Assembly (NCBI GenBank): GCA_963734545.1
Contig: CAVTHO010000007.1
Coordinates: forward strand, 160,001-224,000
DNA: 64,000 bases
Source: an uncultured Spirochaetota bacterium
GTDB taxonomy: Bacteria > Spirochaetota > Spirochaetia > SZUA-6 > Fen-1364
Direction of reading: 5' to 3'
Below are positions 9,506-17,298 of this stretch, piece after piece. How positions within the stretch are numbered: the stretch's first letter is position 1; each line of letters begins with the position of its first letter. Position numbers and translations under genes: made by a program. The notes under the pieces were generated by a model that saw nothing but the letters and a program-made list of their open reading frames with translations, searched no databases and had not been told where the DNA came from.

Positions 9506-10572
9506 AGTTTCTCTACCCGCTCAGGCAGTACTTCTCGGTCCTCAACATATTCCAGTACATCACTTTCCGCGCCGCGTATGCGGCCATCACGGCCCTCCTC
9601 ATTGCGTTCCTGTTCGGGCCCTGGGTCATTGCCCGACTGCGTGCCCTCAAGACAGGGTGGACCGCGCGGGAGGACACGCCGACGACCCACAAGGCCAAGG
9701 CGGGAACACCGACCATGGGAGGCGTCCTGATCATACTCTCCGTCGGCGTCTCGACGCTCCTCTGGCAGGACCCGGCCAGCATGTACACCTGGCTGCTCCT
9801 CTTCGCCGCTTTGGGCTTCGGGGCGATCGGCTTTGTCGATGACTGGTTGAAAATGTCGCGACGCAAGAAGGGCATCAGCGCCGGGGTGAAGATCGGCGGG
9901 CAGTTCCTGGTTTCCACCCTCATCGTCATGGCCCTCTACCTGCAGAGGGGAGAGACGACCACGCTGCTGTACCTCCCGTTTTTCAAGCGCGCCGTCCTCG
10001 ACCTGTCCTGGCTCTACATCCCGTTCGCCGTCGTCCTGATGGTCGGATATTCGAATGCGGTGAACCTCACCGACGGCCTGGACGGCCTGGCGATCGGGCT
10101 CGTCATCATGGTCGCGCTGGCGCTCACCGTGCTCGCCTATCTCACCGGGAGGGTGGACTACGCGGAATACCTCCAGATCCCATTCGTCAAGGGAAGCGGG
10201 GAAGTCGCCATCTTCTGCCTCGCGGTGGTCGGCGCCTCGGTGGGCTTCCTCTGGTTCAACTCGCACCCGGCCGAGGTGTGGATGGGAGACACGGGCAGCC
10301 TGCCCCTCGGCGGCGTGCTGGGAGTCGTCGCGCTGATACTGAAGAAGGAGATCCTGATCCTCATCCTGGGAGGGGTTTTCGTCCTGGAAATCCTCTCGGT
10401 CACGATCCAGGTTATTTCGTTCAAGCTCACGGGAAAGCGCGTCTTCAAGATGGCCCCGCTGCACCACCACTTCGAGCTCAGCGGCTGGCCCGAGAGCAAG
10501 GTGGTGACGCGGCTGTGGATTCTCGGCGGGCTCTTTGCGATCCTGGGCCTGTCCACGTTGAAGATCCAGTAG
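9499..10572 (+). CDS. mraY: Phospho-MurNAc-pentapeptide transferase
   Basis: KAGTPTMGG, NAVNLTDGLDGLA, MGDTGSL, MAPLHHHFE. Confidence 0.97.
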   Translation: MLKFLYPLRQYFSVLNIFQYITFRAAYAAITALLIAFLFGPWVIARLRALKTGWTAREDTPTTHKAKAGTPTMGGVLIILSVGVSTLLWQDPASMYTWLLLFAALGFGAIGFVDDWLKMSRRKKGISAGVKIGGQFLVSTLIVMALYLQRGETTTLLYLPFFKRAVLDLSWLYIPFAVVLMVGYSNAVNLTDGLDGLAIGLVIMVALALTVLAYLTGRVDYAEYLQIPFVKGSGEVAIFCLAVVGASVGFLWFNSHPAEVWMGDTGSLPLGGVLGVVALILKKEILILILGGVFVLEILSVTIQVISFKLTGKRVFKMAPLHHHFELSGWPESKVVTRLWILGGLFAILGLSTLKIQ

Positions 10573-10579
10573 GCGGAGC

Positions 10580-11692
10580 GTGGGAATGGAACGCGTCGAA
10601 AAAGAACGCAGCGATATGCTCCTCGTGATGCTCGTTGTCGCCGTTCTGGGCGTCGGTGTCGCGCTCCTGTTCTCCAGCTCCTACCCGTTCGCAAGCCGCG
10701 TGTACAGGGATCCCCTCTATCTCGTCAAGCGGCAGCTTCTGTGGGCGGGGCTCGGCGCGGTGGCGGCATTCGTGCTCTCCCTGACGCCGCTGGAGGTCTT
10801 TCGCCGTTCCATGCCCCTGATCCTGCTCGGCACGCTGGCCGTGGCGGTGCTGCCGTTCGTGCCGGTCCTGGGCGCGTCGGTGCTCGGATCCCGGCGCTGG
10901 ATCACCCTCTTCGGCCTTTCCTTTCAGCCTTCCGAGCTCGTGAAGGTCACCCTGATCCTCTATCTCGCCTCCTATTTCGCCAACCGGGAAGGGGCGGCGA
11001 CCATGTCGCTCAACTCTCTCATTCCCCCCTTCATAGTCATTTGCGTGTTTTCGGCCATCATCCTTCTGCAGAACGACTACTCGACGTCGATCTTTGTCCT
11101 GACGATCGGGCTCGCCATGCTTTACGTCGCCCGGGTGCGGGGCCTGCATCTGCTGGTGGTGACGCTCTTCACCGTGCCGATGGGGTTTCTTCTCCTTTTC
11201 ACCCGCGAGCACCGGGTGCAGCGTCTCCTGGCGTTTCTCGATCTGTCCTCGTATCGCTCAGGGACCGGCTACCAGATCGTCAACGCGAAGTCCGCGCTGG
11301 TGAGCGGCGGCCTGTGGGGCAAGGGACTGGGAAGGAGCACGGCAAAGCTGGGCTCGCTTCCCATGGCGCATTCGGATTTCATCTACGCCGTCATCGGCGA
11401 GGAGACGGGCCTTCTGGGAGCGCTCTTCGTGCTCGCCCTGTTCGCGCTGCTCGTCTGGCGGGGCTTTCAGATCGCCTTCCACACGGAAGACCATTTTTCC
11501 TACCTCGTCGCGTTCGGTGTCACCGCCTCCCTGGGCCTGCAGGCGCTTCTCAACATGGCCGTGGCCGTGGGTCTGGTTCCGACGACCGGAGTCACGCTTC
11601 CGTTCTTTTCCGCCGGCGGGTCGTCCCTGTTCGTGACCCTCGTCATGTGCGGGCTGCTGGTGAACGTGTCGCGGAGGGCTTCGCATGTCTAG
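10580..11692 (+). CDS. ftsW: SEDS peptidoglycan glycosyltransferase FtsW
   Basis: RRWI, FQPSELVK, AHSDFI, EETG, TGVTLPFFSAGGSS; multi-TM. Confidence 0.94.
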   Translation: MGMERVEKERSDMLLVMLVVAVLGVGVALLFSSSYPFASRVYRDPLYLVKRQLLWAGLGAVAAFVLSLTPLEVFRRSMPLILLGTLAVAVLPFVPVLGASVLGSRRWITLFGLSFQPSELVKVTLILYLASYFANREGAATMSLNSLIPPFIVICVFSAIILLQNDYSTSIFVLTIGLAMLYVARVRGLHLLVVTLFTVPMGFLLLFTREHRVQRLLAFLDLSSYRSGTGYQIVNAKSALVSGGLWGKGLGRSTAKLGSLPMAHSDFIYAVIGEETGLLGALFVLALFALLVWRGFQIAFHTEDHFSYLVAFGVTASLGLQALLNMAVAVGLVPTTGVTLPFFSAGGSSLFVTLVMCGLLVNVSRRASHV

Positions 11693-12674
11693 CGTCTTCG
11701 CGCTTCGCGACAGGACGGGCAGGCGCGAGGAAAGACCGTTCTCTCGATGGGCGCGGCCCTTTCTTGTCATCCTCTCCGCGCTCTGCGCCCTCGCGCTGTT
11801 TGCGCGATTTGCCGCCGTGCCGATCATGGAGATCCGCCACGTCGTGGTGCAGAGCGACATGCCGCTCACGGACGCGCAGGTTCTCGCGATATCGGGAATT
11901 CATGGTGACGAGCACTGGTACTCGATTGCCACGACGGACATACAGAAGCGCCTCGAGGCAAATCCCCTGATCCGCCGGGCGGAAGTGCGGAGGATATTCC
12001 CCAATACGGTGCACATGAGCGTGTGGGGACGCCAGCCGGCGGCGCTCGTTCTGGCCGCCTCGGCCGGGCGCAGTCTCCCCGTTCTGGTCGACGGGGACGG
12101 GGTCGTCTTCAAGATCTGTACCACCGCTGCCGAAGTCGACCTCCCGGTCATCACCGGGCTCGACGTGGGAGAGACGGGCCTGGGCGACAGGCTTCCACAC
12201 GCGTACGCATCCCTGTTCGCGGACCTGAAAGCCCTGCGGGAGCGCGCTCCTTCCCTGTACCGGCTGGTATCCGAGGTGCGCATCATTGCGCCGCGGTACT
12301 CCGCGGATTCTGCGCCGCGGTACTCCGCGGATTCTGCGCCGCGGTACTCCGCGGATTCTGCGCCGAGAGACACGGCATCCGCTGCGAGCTTCGACATGCT
12401 GCTCTATCTCACCAATTCCCAGGTGCCCGTGCGCGCCCGAGGCGCGATCGACGAAAGCCTGCTGAAGTACACTCTCATGGTCCTGGACCTCTTGTCGAAG
12501 CAGGGCATTGTGCAGGATATTCAGGAACTCGACTTTCGGAGCGGGAACGTGGTCTACAGAATGAGTGCGCGGAGTACCGACGCCGCGAGTGCGCGGAGTA
12601 CCGACGCCGCGAATGCGCGGAGTACCGACGCCGCGAATGCGCGGAGTACCGACGCCGCGTTGAAGGGGGGATAG
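11685..12674 (+). CDS. ftsQ: Cell division protein FtsQ/DivIB with two repeat insertions
   Basis: TM, POTRA-like domain (IFPNTVHMSV), LPVITGL, ELDFRSG; between ftsW and ftsA. Confidence 0.85.
   Translation: MSSVFALRDRTGRREERPFSRWARPFLVILSALCALALFARFAAVPIMEIRHVVVQSDMPLTDAQVLAISGIHGDEHWYSIATTDIQKRLEANPLIRRAEVRRIFPNTVHMSVWGRQPAALVLAASAGRSLPVLVDGDGVVFKICTTAAEVDLPVITGLDVGETGLGDRLPHAYASLFADLKALRERAPSLYRLVSEVRIIAPRYSADSAPRYSADSAPRYSADSAPRDTASAASFDMLLYLTNSQVPVRARGAIDESLLKYTLMVLDLLSKQGIVQDIQELDFRSGNVVYRMSARSTDAASARSTDAANARSTDAANARSTDAALKGG
12288..12365. repeat. Family A, 3 perfect tandem units GCGCCGCGGTACTCCGCGGATTCT
   Basis: Units at 12288, 12312, 12336; encode APRYSADS x3 within FtsQ. Confidence 0.97.
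12564..12659. repeat. Family A, 4 tandem units in inverted orientation (ARTGCGCGGAGTACCGACGCCGCG)
   Basis: Units at 12564, 12588, 12612, 12636; encode (S/N)ARSTDAA x4 at the FtsQ C-terminus. Confidence 0.95.
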
Positions 12675-12679
12675 CTCAG

Positions 12680-13917
12680 GTGGCGGCATCAGAAGAACTG
12701 ATCGTCGGACTGGACATCGGCACGACGAAAGTGTGCGCCATCATCGGCGAATTCAGCGAGACGGGCCAGCTCGAGATCATCGGCGTCGGCACCACTCCCT
12801 CGCGCGGCCTGCGCCGCGGCGTCGTGATCAACATCGAGTCCACCGTCAAGTCGATCCAGAACGCCGTGGAGTCCGCGGAGCTGATGTCCGGGCGCGAGGT
12901 GCACGGGGTTTTCACCGGCGTCGCCGGGGGGCACATCGAAGGTATCAACTCCCGCGGAGTCGTGGCCGTGACGGGCAAGGACAGGGAGATCACGAAGGAA
13001 GACGTCGACCGGGTGATCGACGCGGCCAAGGCAATCGTCATCCCGATGGACCGTGAAGTCCTGCATGTCATCCCGCAGGAGTTCATCGTCGATCAGCAGG
13101 GCGGAATCAAGAACCCCGTGGGAATGGTCGGCGTCCGGCTCGAGGCGGAGGCGCACATCATCACCGGCGCGGTGACCTCCGCCCAGAACATCGTAAAATG
13201 CGTCAATCGTGCGGGCTTCAAGGTCAACGACATCGTGCTCGAGCCGCTGGCATCTTCCAAGGCTGTGCTCACCGCGGACGAAAAGGAGCTGGGAGTGCTG
13301 CTCATCGACCTCGGCGGCGGCACGACCGACGTTCTGGTGCACCTCGAAGGCGCCCCTTATCACACCGAGGTGCTCTCGATCGGCGGGGAACAGGTGACCA
13401 GTGACGTCTCGATCATGCTGAAGACGCCCCTGGAAGTGGCGGAAAAGATCAAGAAGGAGCACGGCTGCTGCTATGTTCCCGCCGTTCTCGACGACGTCGA
13501 AGTGGTGATTCCCGGAGTCGGGGGAGGGCGCCTCGGAAGATCGGCCGCCGCGGCATGGCGGAGATCATTCAGCCGCGCATGGCGGAGATACTCGGCATGG
13601 TGAAGGAGCAGATCGAGAAGAGAGGGTACCTGCACCTGCTGGGCGGCGGCGTGGTGTTGACGGGCGGCGGTTCCCTTCTTTCGGGGGCCGGCGAGCTGGC
13701 CTCCGAGATATTCGGGCTCCCCGCCCGGGTGGGCTACCCGGTGAAGCTCGGCGGCCTCGTGGAAGAATACCACGATCCGATGTACGCCACCGGCGTGGGA
13801 CTGGTCATGTACGGCGCCTCCCGTGAGGGAAGTGAGGGTTTCGATACGAGCTCCAGCGAGAGCACATTCACGAGCGTATGGGAGAGGATGAGGACCTGGT
13901 TCAAGGATTTTTTCTAA
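12680..13917 (+). CDS. ftsA: Cell division protein FtsA; frameshift in G-run near 13522
   Basis: VGLDIGTTKVC, LIDLGGGTTD, VLTGGGSLL, YATGVGL; adding one G joins the two ORFs. Confidence 0.95.
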
Positions 13918-13934
13918 ACTGATAACCGACGCGC

Positions 13935-13984
13935 GGTCGGCCTTTCGGCCATCCCTGGCCTCGGCCGACCTCGACATCCATGTC
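13935..13984. repeat. Nested intergenic palindromes with TCCN loops
   Basis: GGTCGGCC...GGCCGACC enclosing GGCCA-TCCC-TGGCC, followed by GACA-TCCA-TGTC. Confidence 0.7.
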
Positions 13985-13998
13985 TACGGGAGGGGGAC

Positions 13999-15156
13999 AT
14001 GAACATCGAGCTTTTCAATAACGAGGGCACAAGCCCGACCGTGATCAAGGTTGTCGGCGTGGGCGGCGGCGGCAGCAACGGCGTCAACCGCATGATCGCC
14101 ATGGGGTTGAAAAATGTGTCGTTCGTCGCCATCAACACCGACCAGCAGGCGCTGCACAGCTCCAATGCCCAAACCAGGTTTGCGATCGGGACGAAACTCA
14201 CGGGGGGCCTCGGCGCGGGAGGGATACCGGAGATCGGAGAGAAGGCCGCGCTGGAAGACCAGGAGAGCGTCCAGAACCTTCTGAAGGGCGCCGATATGGT
14301 CTTCATCACCGCCGGCATGGGGGGCGGGACCGGCACGGGGGCGGCGCCCGTGGTGGCGCACGTGGCCCGCCAGATGGGCGCGCTGACCGTTGCCGTGGTG
14401 ACGAAGCCCTTTGACTTCGAGGGAAAGCGCAAGATGCAGCTTGCGGAAGAGGGCATCGAGAAGCTGCGCCAGGAAGTCGACACCCTCATCACCATTCCCA
14501 ACCAGTATCTCCTGAAGATCGCGGAAAAGCGCACTCCCATCCGGGAGGCCTTTTTCATGGCGGACGAGGTGCTGCGCCAGGGAGTGCAGGGCATCTCGGA
14601 CCTCATCACGGAGCCGGGCGAGATCAACATCGACTTCGCCGACGTGCGCACGATCATGAAAGGCAAAGGCGATGCCCTCATGGGGATCGGCATCGGCAGC
14701 GGCGAGAACAGGGCGACAGACGCCGCCACGAACGCGATCAACAACCCGCTCCTGGAGGACGCGCGCGTCGAGGGGGCAAAGGGAATCCTTGTCAACGTCA
14801 CTGGCGGATTCGATTTCTGTCTCTCCGAGTACGAGGAGGTCCTGAAGATCATCACGGCGAACGCGGACGACGACGCGATGATCATCGCCGGGACCTCGAT
14901 CGTGGAATCGATGAACGACAGGCTGCGCGTGACGGTGATCGCCACAGGCTTTTCGACGGAGAAGCCGCGCGCGGCGGTCCAGGAACCGGAGCGGGCCGAG
15001 GCGGAGATCATCCCGTACGAGGAATGGGCCTCGATGGGAAAAACCGGCACCCGCACGCATGCGGAAGATTTCCTCCTGGGCAGAAACTCCCGCGAGGCGG
15101 ATCTGAGCGTCCCGACTGTGCTGCGTGAGAAGCGGACCGCCGGTCAAAAGGACTAG
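13999..15156 (+). CDS. ftsZ: Cell division protein FtsZ
   Basis: [26 protein letters not shown]-terminal LSVPTVLR. Confidence 0.98.
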   Translation: MNIELFNNEGTSPTVIKVVGVGGGGSNGVNRMIAMGLKNVSFVAINTDQQALHSSNAQTRFAIGTKLTGGLGAGGIPEIGEKAALEDQESVQNLLKGADMVFITAGMGGGTGTGAAPVVAHVARQMGALTVAVVTKPFDFEGKRKMQLAEEGIEKLRQEVDTLITIPNQYLLKIAEKRTPIREAFFMADEVLRQGVQGISDLITEPGEINIDFADVRTIMKGKGDALMGIGIGSGENRATDAATNAINNPLLEDARVEGAKGILVNVTGGFDFCLSEYEEVLKIITANADDDAMIIAGTSIVESMNDRLRVTVIATGFSTEKPRAAVQEPERAEAEIIPYEEWASMGKTGTRTHAEDFLLGRNSREADLSVPTVLREKRTAGQKD

Positions 15157-15186
15157 GAGTCTGTAAGGTGATGGCAAGCAAAAAGC

Positions 15187-15285
15187 AGCCAGGTCCGCGC
15201 GTGGGCTCCCTTCCGCTCCTGGCGGAGTTGCGCGCAGAGCGCGCCTGCCGCCCTACGGACAGCCGCGCTTCGCGCGGCGCGGGCT
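15187..15285. repeat. Multi-hairpin intergenic element (MITE/REP-like)
   Basis: TCCGC-TCCTG-GCGGA (15212-15226), GCCGCGC-TTC-GCGCGGC (15262-15278), outer GTCCG/CGGAC pairing. Confidence 0.65.
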
Positions 15286-15298
15286 AGAGGGCGCCGGC

Positions 15299-16258
15299 AT
15301 GGCTGACACGAACGCCCGCACCCCCGCAGCTGATGGCTTTGCCGACTACCTGTCGGCGGAGCGCGGCCTCTCGCCGACCACGGTCGCCACGTACGCCTCG
15401 GAGGCACGCGGGTTCGAGGCCTTTCTCGCGCGCTGCGGGAAGGAGGCTGCGCAGGCCGACGTGGGGGACATCGAGGCATACATGACCGAGCGCCGCGTGC
15501 ACAACATCGACTCCCGTACGCTGGCAAAGGCGGCATCTGCGATTCGGTCCTTCTATCGCTATCTCGTGCTGGAAGGGAAAATCGAAACCAATCCGGCGCG
15601 CCTGGTGGATGCCCAGCGGGTGACGATGAGAATCCCCCGTTTCCTGCAGGAGGAGGAAATCCAGAGACTCCTCGATGCCTGTGACCCCGGCCAGCCTCTC
15701 GGCATCAGGGACCGCGCGCTTTTCGAGCTGATCTACTCCTGCGGTCTGCGCGTGAGCGAAGCGGTGAATCTTACCGTGGATCGTATTTCGATGCCCGAGG
15801 CGGCACTGCGCGTCATGGGCAAAGGATCCCGGGAGAGGATGGTTCCGCTGGGAGAGCGCGCCAGGAAGCAGCTCGAATTGTATCTCTCGTCTGCGCGCCC
15901 TGCGCTCGCTGGCCGGGCTCCCGTGAACGAGTTGTTTCTCGGACGGGGCGGAAAGAAACTTTCTCGCAAGACGGTCTGGAAGTGCTTCAAGCGGCTGGCC
16001 ATTCTCGCGGGACTGGACGCAAAAGTGCATACCCTGCGTCACTCATTCGCGACGCACCTCCTGCAGGGCGGGGCGGACCTGCGTTCCGTCCAGGAGCTCC
16101 TCGGCCACGCGGATATCGGCACCACGCAGATCTACACGCACGTCAGCCAGGAAGTCTTGAAGAAAACCCATGAAGAGTTCCATCCCCGCGGCACCCCCCA
16201 CGACGCCGCACCGCGGCACTCCGCGGATTCTGGCGCACACGATCGGGGCGCGCCGTGA
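15299..16258 (+). CDS. xerD: Tyrosine recombinase XerD
   Basis: [48 protein letters not shown]; extra C-terminal tail. Confidence 0.9.
   Translation: MADTNARTPAADGFADYLSAERGLSPTTVATYASEARGFEAFLARCGKEAAQADVGDIEAYMTERRVHNIDSRTLAKAASAIRSFYRYLVLEGKIETNPARLVDAQRVTMRIPRFLQEEEIQRLLDACDPGQPLGIRDRALFELIYSCGLRVSEAVNLTVDRISMPEAALRVMGKGSRERMVPLGERARKQLELYLSSARPALAGRAPVNELFLGRGGKKLSRKTVWKCFKRLAILAGLDAKVHTLRHSFATHLLQGGADLRSVQELLGHADIGTTQIYTHVSQEVLKKTHEEFHPRGTPHDAAPRHSADSGAHDRGAP
16208..16231. repeat. Family A single unit in the XerD C-terminal tail
   Basis: GCACCGCGGCACTCCGCGGATTCT, 22/24 identical to the ftsQ unit; encodes APRHSADS. Confidence 0.92.
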
Positions 16259-16293
16259 AAGCCGGAAATCCGATTTTGCCGTTAGAGAAAGGC

Positions 16294-17298
16294 ATGAATA
16301 AACATGAAAAAACATGCCTGCTGGGACTCTCTACGGTGGAATTCCTCACGCCGCGCGAAAAGCTTGCGCTCATGGAGATGCGGGGCGGGCCCTTGGAGCT
16401 TCTGGACCTCACGCTGCGCGACCTCGGAAGGCTGACCGGCAGAAAACTCCGCACCGCGCCGTGGAATCCGGAACAAATTCTCCGCGCCGGGGAGGAGATT
16501 GAAAAGCGCTTGACCGAGGGCGGGATGGAGAGCATCTTTTACTCGGACACGGCGTACCCACCGCAGCTTCGCGAGATCTATGATCCGCCCGTGACGCTTT
16601 TCCTTCGCGGATCGCTTCCCGACAACGGACTTCTTCTCGCAGGGATCGTCGGAACGCGTTTTCCCACCGGCGCGGCGCGTACGGCGGGGTTTCGGCTCGG
16701 CTTTGAGCTGGGCAGAGAGGGGATCGGGGTCGTTTCCGGACTCGCGCGAGGCATCGACAGGGAAGCGCATGAGGGGTGCACCGAGGCAGGGGGTATCTCG
16801 GTGGCCGTGCTGGGAAACGGCATCGACCTGATTTACCCCGCGTCCAGCTCGTCCGCAGGTCACGCCATCCTGCAGCGCGGCGGGGCCATTCTCAGCGAAT
16901 ACCCGCCGGGGATACCGCCCCTGCGTTATCACTTTCCCGCAAGAAACCGGATCATAAGCGGTTTGTGTCGGTCTGTGGTGGTGGTGCAGGCGCCGGAGCG
17001 TTCCGGAGCGCTTATCACCGCGGAATACGCGTTGGATCAGGGAAGGGACCTCTATGTGCACGCTGCCGGGACCGTGGGGACCGCAGGAGCGGGCACGCGC
17101 CGGTTGGCGGAGTCAGGAGCACCAATCATCCGCGGGAGTGCCGAGATCTTGAGGGATTGGGGAATGAAACCGCGCGCGGATCGAGCTTGTCTCCTGCCGA
17201 AAGAGCTGCCCGAGGGCGAGCGGCTTGCCGCTGTTTTAAAGGAAGAAATCGCTGGTGCCTGCGCCACAAGAGGCGGGGAAACCTACTGGAGAGCATGA
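16294..17298 (+). CDS. dprA: DNA processing protein DprA/Smf (start 16294 or 16255)
   Basis: YPPQLREIYDPP, IVGTR, VVSGLARGID, FPARNRIISG, SGALITA. Confidence 0.95.
   Translation: MNKHEKTCLLGLSTVEFLTPREKLALMEMRGGPLELLDLTLRDLGRLTGRKLRTAPWNPEQILRAGEEIEKRLTEGGMESIFYSDTAYPPQLREIYDPPVTLFLRGSLPDNGLLLAGIVGTRFPTGAARTAGFRLGFELGREGIGVVSGLARGIDREAHEGCTEAGGISVAVLGNGIDLIYPASSSSAGHAILQRGGAILSEYPPGIPPLRYHFPARNRIISGLCRSVVVVQAPERSGALITAEYALDQGRDLYVHAAGTVGTAGAGTRRLAESGAPIIRGSAEILRDWGMKPRADRACLLPKELPEGERLAAVLKEEIAGACATRGGETYWRA

Noticed and set aside
12288-12659. Tandem palindromic 24-bp repeats as a CRISPR array
   Set aside because: Units are directly adjacent with no unique spacers, lie inside ORFs, and no cas genes are present
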